Of a stretch of 64,000 nucleotides of DNA, positions 27,688 through 37,299 are shown piece by piece; position 1 is the stretch's first letter, and every line of letters starts with the position of its first letter. Both the position numbers and the translations under genes were made by a program. The notes beneath the pieces were generated by a model. The model saw only the letters and a list, made by a program, of their open reading frames with translations, was not told the DNA's origin and ran no database searches. Origin of the DNA: an uncultured Candidatus Micrarchaeota archaeon (GTDB lineage: Archaea > Micrarchaeota > Micrarchaeia > Burarchaeales > Fermentimicrarchaeaceae); assembly GCA_963760615.1 (NCBI GenBank), contig CAVXDX010000008.1:32001-96000 (forward strand). The letters run 5' to 3'.

Positions 27688-30105
27688 TTATGTGAACAAC
27701 TCTCTTACTTTCTCTCTTATCTGAGAGCGAATTATTACCTTGCCGTATTTCTCGAACTCCTTTTTTACGTCCCGCTTGGTTACCAGGATGTAGTAGTCAT
27801 CGTATTCCTGGGAGATCTTCTCGTACTTCAACTTGGTGGCTTTCTGATTGGTTTCGTCCATTGAGCCAGTTTCAACTTCAAAACAAATCTTTTTGTCGTC
27901 TTTGATTATTACGATGTCCGGTTTTACCGTGGTGTAGAGGAAAACATGCTCGGTGTATTTGTGTATCTCAGTTTCCAGTATCCTGCAGAAAAAGAAGTGA
28001 ACAGGACTTTCGTTGAATCTGGGTTTGACGTAATAAGTGAAGCCTTTTCCTGCTCCAAACGGGTTCGTGTTTATTTCCGTGTATTCTTCATTTTCCAGTA
28101 ATTTGCATTGATCCGGAGTTAGCGAGCTTTTTAGGTAGAAACCCTCGTAAATGTCGAATATTTTCTGTTCCTTCTTTTCCTTTGGCTTCTTGTCTTCGGC
28201 TTTCTTCAGCTCAATCACTTCCTCTGGATCGGTCGTGATCATTTCGTGTATTTTCGGCGATGGCTTGGCAAAGAACTTGCAGCGGTCTTCTTCTGTTATC
28301 AGCAAACCGTGTCCTTTGCCGCATTTTATGAGGAAATCCTTCTCGTTTTGGTTGAGTTTCAGGACCTTGCTTATCAAGTCGATGTTGGAAGTATTCTGCT
28401 TCATGAGTATTTTTACCGAGGCTTGGTTGAGGATTAACCGGCCGCCATCGCTGTTCAACAAGTCCTCTATTTCCTGGGTTATGAAGCCTACCGAGGTCCC
28501 GAACTTTCTTGAGGTTTTAATGAAGTTCAAGAGGTATTCTTCTGCCTCCTTGCTGCGGAGTAGCGTCCAGCCTTCATCAATAAGAAGGACCTTGGAGGAT
28601 GTGTCTTTTTCGATCTCTCGTTTTATGAAGTCCAGCACTATGAACATCATCAGCGGCTTTACCGCTGCCGGGAGCTTACTTAAGTCGAAGTTCAGGAATT
28701 TGTTTCGCAAGTCTATTTCTGTCGCCCTGTCCATGAAGCCGAAGAAGCCGTTTCTGCAATACATTCCAATGCGGTTGAGCAGCACCTGCAGGCTCTTCGT
28801 GTCCGGGGAAACGCGGCGTCTGTCTCGTTTTTCGCACTCCTTGAGCTCAAGCTCGAGAACCTTGTATAAATCCGAAAATACGGGCGGTTCCTTGCCCCAG
28901 GTTTGCGGCTCGTTCTTGAATATTCCTTTTTGCTCGTAAACCAATTGCAGAACCCGGTTTAGAACTCCTTTCTGGCTTTCTGTAAGCCCCCCAACAATGA
29001 TATCAAAGGTTGGAATTAAAATCAGCATTTTGCTGCCGAAGTCCGTTCCGGTCAAGTCAAATACGTTAATCATTGACTTTGAAGTTCTGGAGAGCTCTAT
29101 GTTTTCCCCGCCGAACCTTTCGCAGATCTGCTTGTACTCTGCATTGGGGTCTAGAATGAATACTTGCGAGGCTTCGGCAAACAGTATTTGCAGCATCAAA
29201 TACTTTGCAGTATAGCTCTTTCCGGAGCCGGAAATTCCCAGGATAAAGAAGTGCTTATTCGACATCTTCGAGAAGTTGATGAAAATCGGATTGCTGGTTT
29301 CCTCCTCATGGGCAAACAGGATTCCTTTCTTGTCGGAGCTTGAAGAAGAAATAAAGGGAAAAGTCGCAGCTAGTGAATTGGTTGGAAATTCTTGCTGGGC
29401 GGATAACTCGTCCAGGCCTAGCGGCAAGCAGGACCGCACTCCCTCGTAAAACCTGAAGTTCGTTGTTTTTGGAATGATTAGGAGCGCGTTGAGATTCGAC
29501 TTGCATTTCTCGGTTAGCATATCAAGTTTCTCGAGCGTTGCTTCCTTGTTGTCTATGTAAAGAGAGACCCTGAATAGTTTTTCTTCCCCTTTGTAGAGCG
29601 AATCGTAAATTCGCCTGGTGTCTGCGAGTTTTATCTCTAGGGATGGATTTGGCGTCCCTTTTGCGGTGCTTGAAATCAGGTCGGTGGTTTGCTTGATTAT
29701 TTGGTTGTGGAGAAAGGCGAGCGTCTCTTCGATTGGAGAGGGTTGGATGTGGATGGAGACGTCATAATCCTCGTTTTTATCCAGGAACGCCTGAAGCCAG
29801 CCGTCATCAACCTTCCTGGGATAGCCTACTGCTTGAACGACTCGATGGTAGGTTTCGTTTATCCTGGCGTAGCCCGGCTTTATTTCCAGGTAAGATGGGG
29901 TGATTAGATAGGAGAACATTTCTTCGGGAGGTATGACCCTCGGTCTTTTCTTTGGCCAGAATTGAGGAAACAACCGCCAGGTTTTTCTTGGTTTGTCCTT
30001 GTTGAGCTTCTGCGCTACCAGGTGTTCTACTTCTTCTGGGGTAAGCAGCCGGGGCTGTTTATGCTCTATTATCGTTTCTTCTTCTATTTCAGGCATTTTT
30101 ACCAC
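27688..30105 (-). CDS. virB4: VirB4-like conjugation ATPase with C-terminal PD-(D/E)xK-like domain
   Basis: HFFILGISGSGKS, ILDPNAEY, LIDEGW, SRKFG..ITQEIED; C-terminal KPDIVI...FEVETGS. Confidence 0.88.
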   Translation of the reverse strand: MVKMPEIEEETIIEHKQPRLLTPEEVEHLVAQKLNKDKPRKTWRLFPQFWPKKRPRVIPPEEMFSYLITPSYLEIKPGYARINETYHRVVQAVGYPRKVDDGWLQAFLDKNEDYDVSIHIQPSPIEETLAFLHNQIIKQTTDLISSTAKGTPNPSLEIKLADTRRIYDSLYKGEEKLFRVSLYIDNKEATLEKLDMLTEKCKSNLNALLIIPKTTNFRFYEGVRSCLPLGLDELSAQQEFPTNSLAATFPFISSSSSDKKGILFAHEEETSNPIFINFSKMSNKHFFILGISGSGKSYTAKYLMLQILFAEASQVFILDPNAEYKQICERFGGENIELSRTSKSMINVFDLTGTDFGSKMLILIPTFDIIVGGLTESQKGVLNRVLQLVYEQKGIFKNEPQTWGKEPPVFSDLYKVLELELKECEKRDRRRVSPDTKSLQVLLNRIGMYCRNGFFGFMDRATEIDLRNKFLNFDLSKLPAAVKPLMMFIVLDFIKREIEKDTSSKVLLIDEGWTLLRSKEAEEYLLNFIKTSRKFGTSVGFITQEIEDLLNSDGGRLILNQASVKILMKQNTSNIDLISKVLKLNQNEKDFLIKCGKGHGLLITEEDRCKFFAKPSPKIHEMITTDPEEVIELKKAEDKKPKEKKEQKIFDIYEGFYLKSSLTPDQCKLLENEEYTEINTNPFGAGKGFTYYVKPRFNESPVHFFFCRILETEIHKYTEHVFLYTTVKPDIVIIKDDKKICFEVETGSMDETNQKATKLKYEKISQEYDDYYILVTKRDVKKEFEKYGKVIIRSQIREKVRELFT

Positions 30106-30970
30106 GCTCCTTGAAGAAAGACTGGCACACGCTAACGCGCCAGAGGTAATCCTCGTTTACTTCGACGTAGCCCTCAAAGTAGGACATCACCAACGAAACG
30201 AGCTGGTTGGTGTTCAAGCGGTAACTAGTCAGGCCGCAGTTGCCGAGCTTTGCCTGGACTATCCCGACCCGCTCTTCGAGTTTTTTGAGCTGCCTTTCCT
30301 TGTGGGTTATTCTTGCGCTTAGGGTATTGTTTTCAAAGGGGCTTAGCGGGACTACAACATAGTAGAGCCGTTCTTTTACGAAGTGCTCTTTCAGGAACTT
30401 TTCCTCGTATATCCTGAAGTCGTTGTAGAGACTGATCAGGTTCTCGTCCTTGGTTTCCAGTATCTTGACCTCGTGATCGCTGAAATAATCCGCCAAGCTG
30501 ACGTTAACGGTTCTGACGACTATCTGTACGGGCTGCGAGAGCTGGTTAAGGAAATCCCGGTAATTCAGGATTATTGATTTCTGCCTGCCTTCATCAAGTA
30601 GTTCAAAGTTAACCGGTTTTACGAGGAGTACCGCCCTCAGTTCGCCGTTTTCTAAATAGATCGTGTCGTTTTCTATTCTCTTTACGCCAACAAAAGCTCG
30701 GACTTTCCTGTCCAGGGCGCCGCCAATCCTGACGTTGCGCAAGTAGGAAAACCGCTCTAGGGCAATTCGTTCAAAACCGAGGAAAACAAACCCGAGTCCC
30801 AATAGAATGGCAAAGGTCGGCAGGATTAGTTTTTCTTCGTTTCGGAGCGGCAGGTTGTACGAAAGCCCGGCCAGCAAAGCGAACGCTATGAAGTAACCCA
30901 GTTGCCTCATGTCCAGATTTAGGAAGATTTTTTCCCGGTATCTGACTTTGTCCGGAATTTCGTAGCCCAT
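30089..30970 (-). CDS. PrgI/VirB3-like membrane protein
   Basis: True start MGYEIPDKVRYREKIFLNLDMRQL (TAATG overlap with upstream gene), two TMs, then V.PVNFELL...YRDFLNQL..PVQI; the ORF-track extension to 31681 is spurious. Confidence 0.75.
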   Translation of the reverse strand: MGYEIPDKVRYREKIFLNLDMRQLGYFIAFALLAGLSYNLPLRNEEKLILPTFAILLGLGFVFLGFERIALERFSYLRNVRIGGALDRKVRAFVGVKRIENDTIYLENGELRAVLLVKPVNFELLDEGRQKSIILNYRDFLNQLSQPVQIVVRTVNVSLADYFSDHEVKILETKDENLISLYNDFRIYEEKFLKEHFVKERLYYVVVPLSPFENNTLSARITHKERQLKKLEERVGIVQAKLGNCGLTSYRLNTNQLVSLVMSYFEGYVEVNEDYLWRVSVCQSFFKERGKNA

Positions 30971-31920
30971 TAGAGAATCGCCTTCCCGATAATGCCAGCA
31001 ATAAGGTACCTTACGGGCCCAAGCGACTTGGTAGCCGCGCCAATGAGCGAGAACAAGGAAGATAGGAAGAGGAAGAAGTTTAGTATTCCAATCAGCGAAA
31101 AGCCGAGTATGATGGCCGTCGCCCTGATGAAACCGCTCGCGAGATTCGGATCTGGAGTGCTGAACAGAAGCGAGAGGGCCATTATCAGCAATGCGTCGAA
31201 TGCAGTCATGAAAACTACTGAGACGATGAGTTTCAGGAAGGTCAACCCCCACTCCTTGGTAAACGGAATAAAGTAGAGAAAAATGGAGATTGGAAATAGC
31301 AGGAGCAGGAACGGAATCAGCAAATATCGGGCTAGCAGCGTCAGGAAAGCCAGCAACAGCACGAAAGTGGCGGTTGACAGAATAATAAAGGCAAAGGCGA
31401 GGGAAGCGAATGCGGTTGCGGGGTTGAAAACGTCCCGGGTTGCATATGAGAGGAAGGAGGTAGTCAAGTAGGAGTTGACCGAGACCATTACCTCGAATAT
31501 TTGGAAGGAGAAGGATAGCGCCAGAATCATTAGGAAGATGTTTTTCAGCCATTCCTTGGCGGCAAGTCGGCCTTCCACATCGGTTGACCGGAATATGTAG
31601 AATAATCCCAAGCCCATGAACGCCAAAGTGTAAAGCGATTCTATTATTGACATCACGTTGTTGTACGGAGTGCAGAACCAATGCAAGTCCGGAGTGGCGG
31701 CTATAAAATTGAAAGACGCGGAAAGAAACTGGTCTATTGCATAAGCAAAGCCTGAAGTGAACGTTCCTATGAACGATTCGGTAATGCAGCCGGGCAGATT
31801 CGTCAAAGTTGCCAAGAGGTCGTTGCTTCCGGTGCAGCTGCTGTTTCCGATAGTGAAGTTAGACGCGTAAGAAAAGCCACTAAACAAAACAAACAAAAAG
31901 AGCAGTGTTGCGGCCCTCAT
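30970..31920 (-). CDS. VirB6/TrbL-like polytopic membrane protein
   Basis: About 6-7 TMs, position between pilins and virB4, LLLFPISIFLYFIPFTKEWG..FLK pattern. Confidence 0.65.
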   Translation of the reverse strand: MRAATLLFLFVLFSGFSYASNFTIGNSSCTGSNDLLATLTNLPGCITESFIGTFTSGFAYAIDQFLSASFNFIAATPDLHWFCTPYNNVMSIIESLYTLAFMGLGLFYIFRSTDVEGRLAAKEWLKNIFLMILALSFSFQIFEVMVSVNSYLTTSFLSYATRDVFNPATAFASLAFAFIILSTATFVLLLAFLTLLARYLLIPFLLLLFPISIFLYFIPFTKEWGLTFLKLIVSVVFMTAFDALLIMALSLLFSTPDPNLASGFIRATAIILGFSLIGILNFFLFLSSLFSLIGAATKSLGPVRYLIAGIIGKAIL

Positions 31921-33530
31921 TTGAAAGCACCCCTAACCCATTTATAAAACAGAAAGGCCGAAATGAGCAAGCCGACAATAAAGAGGATCAAATCCAGACC
32001 TACGCTGAAAAACGGCGGGAGATACGCTTCTGCATGGGTGCTTTTTGTTTCGAAATCGGTGAAGAAATCTGCCTTGACTAAGTTGGCGTCGGTACGATTG
32101 AAAGAAGCGACCGCGATTCCATGAAGGTCTGTCTCCATGGTTCTGCTTTCGTTGCCATATGTAAATTGGATTTTCTTTCCAGCCAGAGCCGAGCCAGAAA
32201 TTTTATCATAGAAAACGGCTTTTATCGTGAAGCTTGTTTGTGAATAGTTTTCTATTGTCAGGTTGATTGTTGGCTTTTGATTGGGGTTTTTGCATAAATT
32301 CGAGTACCTCTTGGTTTCAAAGTGGGAATATATCTCAAGGGTGCAGCTAGTTGAATTGGTAGGGGCGGTAAAGTGGATTTTGTTGTACTTGAATTGAATG
32401 GGGAGTATACTAACGTTTATTCCAAGGATATCATGGAGAATGTAGTAAAGCACGGGTTCGGAGCGTTTTAGGTAGTCTTCGAAATCTTGCCCACTCAGCA
32501 AGCCATTCTGGTTTTCGAGGATCCCAATGTTTCGAGTGTAAAACTTGTACGGTTTTACTGACGTTTCAACTGCAAGCGAGTTGTAAGGCGCATTCTCTAC
32601 CTTGAATTGGTACTGTCGGCTTTGCAGTTTTAGTTCGGAGTTGCCGATTACGAAGCGTATGTTGTTGTAATCCTCGTTCGAAGCTACGAAGAGCCAGCCG
32701 ACAACGTAATCGCTCGTGTTCTCGTCTATCATCCCGTTTGGAAAGTCGATAAAGCCGTATTGGTAGGTTTGTTTTGCGTCCTGTATTTCCAGAGTTGATT
32801 GTTTATCGTCCGTTTTGTAGTAATCGCAACTGTACCAACAGCCAAACTCGTCGCAATGTTCTATCAGCTGATAGTGATGGATCAGGTACTGAGAGTTTAC
32901 TCTAAGCTTTGCGGTGAATAATTGGGAGGAATTGTAGCCCCCCGATGCTGAGAAGTTGCTTTTCTTAGAATTGCTGAGTAGCTGGCCATTGAGATAGTTT
33001 CCCATTGAGTAATCGTAGCCGCACACCTCATAAACCGTATTGCAGTCTCCGGGAAACATTTCCTTTGGCACTACAAAAGAAAACCCGAATTGAGTGTAGA
33101 CTTCTCCTTGGTCATCAATCCACAGTTGACCGGAAGAATTGTCTAGTACGCTTGGATTAATTGAGATGAGTTTTACCCAAGCGTCGCGGATTGATTCGGT
33201 GCCATGAACGCTAGTATTATCGGGCCGGTATTTTGTAAACGCTATTTTGTCATTCCAGTTGTTGGCCGTATCGTATTCTGGGAAGCCGTTGTTTATGATC
33301 ATGGCGTCGCTTATGAGCTGCTTTTTTTCGCTTTCGCTTAGACCTGAAACATTGCAGACGCTTCGGTCGGTCAGGTTAAGCGAACTGCATTGTTGCAGGA
33401 AAGTGTCGGGCGGTCTTTGCGGCGGCTTATAATTGTAATCCCAAGTAAAATCGTGATATGGATAGCTAGAGCAACTTATTGCAGCTGCGGGTAGAGTTAG
33501 CAGCAAGAGTGCGAGTAGTGGTTTAAACAC
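31917..33530 (-). CDS. Secreted/surface protein of the transfer cluster
   Basis: Signal peptide, Cys pairs, Ig-like C-terminal region, C-terminal TM anchor with basic tail. Confidence 0.7.
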   Translation of the reverse strand: MFKPLLALLLLTLPAAAISCSSYPYHDFTWDYNYKPPQRPPDTFLQQCSSLNLTDRSVCNVSGLSESEKKQLISDAMIINNGFPEYDTANNWNDKIAFTKYRPDNTSVHGTESIRDAWVKLISINPSVLDNSSGQLWIDDQGEVYTQFGFSFVVPKEMFPGDCNTVYEVCGYDYSMGNYLNGQLLSNSKKSNFSASGGYNSSQLFTAKLRVNSQYLIHHYQLIEHCDEFGCWYSCDYYKTDDKQSTLEIQDAKQTYQYGFIDFPNGMIDENTSDYVVGWLFVASNEDYNNIRFVIGNSELKLQSRQYQFKVENAPYNSLAVETSVKPYKFYTRNIGILENQNGLLSGQDFEDYLKRSEPVLYYILHDILGINVSILPIQFKYNKIHFTAPTNSTSCTLEIYSHFETKRYSNLCKNPNQKPTINLTIENYSQTSFTIKAVFYDKISGSALAGKKIQFTYGNESRTMETDLHGIAVASFNRTDANLVKADFFTDFETKSTHAEAYLPPFFSVGLDLILFIVGLLISAFLFYKWVRGAFK

Positions 33531-33759
33531 AGTAGCTCCCTCCGCTTAGTGCTTGAGCGATTATTGGCGCGAGAAATAGCAGCGATAGGCCAATGAACAC
33601 GCCAAAGAGTATCTCTTTCCATTCGTTGCGCGTGTTTGGATTTTGAGAGGTCATTAGCACGAAGCCGCCGTAGGAAATTATTAGGACTGAAGAAACTACT
33701 GCAAGGCTCTTGAGGAATACGGCGATTTGCGATAGGTCGAGCAACTTCACCACCCGCAA
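33523..33759 (-). CDS. TrbC/VirB2-like pilin
   Basis: Two hydrophobic helices: IISYGGFVLMTS...RNEWKEILFGVFIGL..LFLAPII. Confidence 0.75.
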   Translation of the reverse strand: MRVVKLLDLSQIAVFLKSLAVVSSVLIISYGGFVLMTSQNPNTRNEWKEILFGVFIGLSLLFLAPIIAQALSGGSYCV

Positions 33760-34055
33760 ATGTCGCCCGCGCCAACCAGGTTTTTCACAACAAGCGGAGC
33801 TATCCAGATTATTATCAAGCCCAGGATCACCCCGGTTAACAGCATCTTGCTCTGGTTTCTCTCGTTGATTTCATTACTGCTGGTCAGAATGAAGCCAGCG
33901 TAAGCCGCTATCAATACGCCCGCTACTGTTCCAAAGACCCTTATCATTCCATAAAGCCGGCATACGGGCTGATCCGTAGGAATGCTCAGGTCGGCCGCCG
34001 CAACGCCGACTAGGCTCAGCAAAGCCAAGCTCGCTAAAATCAACTGTTTTCTCAT
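33747..34055 (-). CDS. TrbC/VirB2-like pilin with leader peptide
   Basis: Signal ...VAAA, then IAAYAGFILTSS...RNQSKMLLTGVILGLIIIWIAP; paralog of the next pilin. Confidence 0.78.
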   Translation of the reverse strand: MRKQLILASLALLSLVGVAAADLSIPTDQPVCRLYGMIRVFGTVAGVLIAAYAGFILTSSNEINERNQSKMLLTGVILGLIIIWIAPLVVKNLVGAGDICGW

Positions 34056-34056
34056 G

Positions 34057-34890
34057 TTATCTACCTCCTTGAAAGACTATTTTCAATTCGTGTGGGGCAA
34101 TGTTGGACTTCCTCTTGATGAGCGGCAGGTAGTCGGGGTTGAGCTCGTAGCCTATGGACCTCCGGTTCAAGCTCGCCGCTACCTTTGTCGTTGTGCCGCT
34201 TCCCAGGAAGGGATCCAACACCGTTTCCCCCTCGAACGAATACAAGCGAATCAACGCCTCCGGCAATTCTTCGGGAAACATGGCCGGATGCGATGCGTCC
34301 GAGTACTGATTCTTGGTTTCCGGGCACATTTCCCAAATGTCGCTGTTCCAGCGGTTTTTCGCCAGTTCGATGTCCACAGCGGAACGGAGTTTTTCCTCAA
34401 ATCCTACTTTCTTGTAGTCGAACTTTCCCTTGCGAAAGACGAGTATGTGTTCGAAAATGTTGTTCGGAAAATAGTACATCGGGTAAGGCCGTTGCAGGAA
34501 CAGGCCGAATCGCTTGGCCGCCCCGCTGGAGCCCTTGGCTCCCACGCCGGACGGTTTCCTCCAGATGATGTCTTCGCGGTATTGGAAGCCGGATCTCTTG
34601 AGCATTAGCACGTAGTGCGCTGGAATGGGGTACTTCTCCTCGCCGCTGATTATGTCGCAGATGTTGACGCAACAATAGCGGCCTTTCTCCAAAACGCGGT
34701 AGCACTCGTCGAAAACCAACTGCATTTCCTGTAAGTATTCGTGAAAGTCGTTTATCGAGCCGATATTGTTCTGGCCATAGTCCTTGACGTTGAAGTACGG
34801 CGGACTTGTCACGACCAGTTGAACGGACTCATCGGCAACTTCCGCCATTTTTCGAGAATCGCCGATTACAACCAGCTGTTTGGTTTCCAT
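34057..34890 (-). CDS. Orphan beta-class DNA methyltransferase
   Basis: VTSPPY, HPAMFPEEL, LDPFLGSGTT; no adjacent nuclease. Confidence 0.92.
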   Translation of the reverse strand: METKQLVVIGDSRKMAEVADESVQLVVTSPPYFNVKDYGQNNIGSINDFHEYLQEMQLVFDECYRVLEKGRYCCVNICDIISGEEKYPIPAHYVLMLKRSGFQYREDIIWRKPSGVGAKGSSGAAKRFGLFLQRPYPMYYFPNNIFEHILVFRKGKFDYKKVGFEEKLRSAVDIELAKNRWNSDIWEMCPETKNQYSDASHPAMFPEELPEALIRLYSFEGETVLDPFLGSGTTTKVAASLNRRSIGYELNPDYLPLIKRKSNIAPHELKIVFQGGR

Positions 34891-34998
34891 GCAAAGCTTT
34901 GTAGCTTGGGGGTCTCATTTCCTTTCATGGAGAATTCGGCATTTTCATGCACAATTCCGGCGTTCGGCAAGCTGAAAAGTAGGTAAAAACGAGTCCGC

Positions 34999-35196
34999 TT
35001 AGCGCCTAGGCTTGAACAAGACAACCTTTCCCTTCAAGGGAATAGTGTCCAGAAACAGCGTAATCGATTGCGTCTTTGGGTTGTAGAAAGCGGTTCCGAC
35101 TTCCCGCCAGCGATTGTTTCCTGTAGGCATTTTGGCTATGAAGTCCGGTCCTTTCCGTCTTCCTTCTATTAGCAGCAGGTTAGAGTATTGCGTCAT
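34999..35196 (-). CDS. Small protein, possibly DUF736-like ssDNA-binding
   Basis: WREVGTAFYN...ITLFLDTIPLKGKVVLFKPR pattern. Confidence 0.5.
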   Translation of the reverse strand: MTQYSNLLLIEGRRKGPDFIAKMPTGNNRWREVGTAFYNPKTQSITLFLDTIPLKGKVVLFKPRR

Positions 35197-35393
35197 TTTT
35201 CCCGCCTCACGAGTACGCGCAGGCCGACTTGTTCCTTGCGTATTTTCTTCCAGTCTTGAATCGTGATGATCAAGTCTAGGTATTTCTTTATTGTGCGGTG
35301 GTCCAACCCGGTCTTGCAGGTCAGCTGGTGCACGCTAACGCTTTCCTCTGGAATCAATTCCAACAGTTTGAGCATGAGATCGTTAGCAACCAT
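35193..35393 (-). CDS. Small winged-helix/HTH regulator
   Basis: SVHQLTCKTGLDHRTIKKYLDLI...GLRVLVRR. Confidence 0.75.
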   Translation of the reverse strand: MVANDLMLKLLELIPEESVSVHQLTCKTGLDHRTIKKYLDLIITIQDWKKIRKEQVGLRVLVRREK

Positions 35394-35458
35394 GCGAACA
35401 CCGCACTGGCTATAATCTTACCCGAACTAGAATATGGGCTTAGCCGCAGACTGCCAAC

Positions 35459-35510
35459 TTCCTAGGAAATTTTTCTCGACTGAATTGTTTCCTAGGAATT
35501 TCTTAGGAAA
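35459..35510. promoter_or_regulatory. Cluster of TTCCTAGGAA palindromes upstream of the HTH/transfer operon
   Basis: 35459-35468 and 35490-35499 exact, 35501-35510 one mismatch; same palindrome at 18032-18043. Confidence 0.6.
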
Positions 35511-35605
35511 AAACGTGGAAGGAAAGCCCAGAAGGAACTTTCTCGGTTGTCCTTGGGAAGCAAGGTTAATATATTTCACAATACTAACTACTCCTTAGTG
35601 CGGTT

Positions 35606-35986
35606 ATGGAAAAGAAAACTTCTGAAAAAGAACAAACGAACTCTGGTGCACCCATTGTTATTCTCTTATTGTTATTGGTTTTTCTTTTACAATTTACCGG
35701 AGTAGTCAGGGAGGAAGCAGTAGCCTTCTTATTAGTAATTAGTATCTTTGTATTATGGAAAACCATTCATGAAAGAAGGCTAGCTGGTCTGCTAAAATAT
35801 TTAATCGTAGCTGCGTATTGCTTTTATTATGAGTTTTTAACGCTTTCACTATCAAGAGAAACATTTGATATCGAGAAAGTAATATACATAGGTCTTGGTA
35901 TTTTTGTCTTCTGGTACTTTTTATATCACCTTGCAGACATGGTGCAATTCTTTTCCAGTAAGAAAAATAAATCAAAGCAAGTTTAA
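35606..35986 (+). CDS. Hypothetical 4-TM membrane protein
   Basis: 126 aa, four hydrophobic segments. Confidence 0.7.
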   Translation: MEKKTSEKEQTNSGAPIVILLLLLVFLLQFTGVVREEAVAFLLVISIFVLWKTIHERRLAGLLKYLIVAAYCFYYEFLTLSLSRETFDIEKVIYIGLGIFVFWYFLYHLADMVQFFSSKKNKSKQV

Positions 35987-37186
35987 TCTATCCCTAAAGA
36001 TAAATCCATAGATTCCCGTAAATAGCAAAAAAATCCCAAACCAAGCGATAAAGATTATGAAATAGCTAACAATTAAACTGTTGAACTCGGGTTTTGCATA
36101 TGAGTCTACACTTGGGCTAAAAGTGACACCCGGCCATGACCTAACGAAATGTGTTTCATTGATGGGTATATACTCTGGCTCTGTTTTCAAAATTTCATCC
36201 AAATGTATATTGGATTCGAATATCCATTGGTAAATAAAATCTTTATCAAATTTATAAGGAGTACATCTTGTCTTTCCATAAGGGATCAAAAATTCCGTCT
36301 GATTGTTGTTAAAGTTTATAGTAACATTCACCTCTTTATCAATAAATCCACTTTTATAAACCATTTTTGTATCATTATCCACAAAACATATGTCGTACCA
36401 TCTTAAACTAAAAGGTATCTGCAAAGCATCTTTTAACAAGTTTCTAAAAGTTGGTTCTGAAAATGACTGGTCTGATACTCGTACTTTTACGACAATTGTT
36501 CCATTATTAAGTGTTTGTTCTTCTCGGGATAACTCAAGTCTTTCAGAAGGCGGGAATAAGTAAAATGAAAACAAAAATGGTGGTATAAATAAAATAAATA
36601 AACATATTAAAATCCAGGGTATGCCCTTCACCTTATTTTTTTTATTTTTGTTCGTAGAAATCCTCTCATTTGAAACTTTCTGAGGGGGCATCTTAGCCGC
36701 AACCTTCTTATTTTTCTCTCCTTTCATCATCATTTCAATTTCATCTCTGATTATGGTGAACTTATCTATAAAATGTTTTTTAGCATCTTCAAATTGCAAC
36801 GTGTATGATACGTCAAGAAGAAATAACATTGCATTCATAAGTACTCCAACTGTAAAAAAATATGCTAGATATACAATGTTCCCAGTCTCTTCATGCTTTA
36901 TAAGCAATTGGACCATGACTACCAAGAGACCCACTAAAATACCAACCGCAAGTCCACTGGTAGTTGCATTAAAGTAAGACACACGGTTTTCAAAATCCAT
37001 CTTTGGAATCGTTAATTCAAGTTCGAGTAGTTTTAACTTATCTGCTTTGCTCAAATCTTCATCAGAGGTGATGGAACCCAGCCGCTCTGAAACATTATAT
37101 TCCAGTTGGTGAATCCCAAAAAGTACTTTTTTCATGTATTCTAAGAATCTTATACATCGTCTGAATAGCCCTTCCAGGAACTTCAT
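35972..37186 (-). CDS. Hypothetical membrane protein
   Basis: Two N-terminal TMs, basic linker, TM-soluble-TM C-terminal half; start possibly 37138. Confidence 0.7.
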   Translation of the reverse strand: MKFLEGLFRRCIRFLEYMKKVLFGIHQLEYNVSERLGSITSDEDLSKADKLKLLELELTIPKMDFENRVSYFNATTSGLAVGILVGLLVVMVQLLIKHEETGNIVYLAYFFTVGVLMNAMLFLLDVSYTLQFEDAKKHFIDKFTIIRDEIEMMMKGEKNKKVAAKMPPQKVSNERISTNKNKKNKVKGIPWILICLFILFIPPFLFSFYLFPPSERLELSREEQTLNNGTIVVKVRVSDQSFSEPTFRNLLKDALQIPFSLRWYDICFVDNDTKMVYKSGFIDKEVNVTINFNNNQTEFLIPYGKTRCTPYKFDKDFIYQWIFESNIHLDEILKTEPEYIPINETHFVRSWPGVTFSPSVDSYAKPEFNSLIVSYFIIFIAWFGIFLLFTGIYGFIFRDRLNLL

Positions 37187-37299
37187 AGAGTAAGTATTAT
37201 GTATTCAAATTTTTAATCTCTCCCCTTCTCCGTAGCTTGCTCCTCAAGCCAAAGCAATCTTAATATATCTTTAAAGACTAACTATTGCTGAGGTTAGCA

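Noticed and set aside
30971-31681. N-terminal 237 aa of the 530-aa ORF 30089..31681
   Set aside because: It overlaps the VirB6-like gene in another frame; the protein-like sequence begins at the ATG at 30970.
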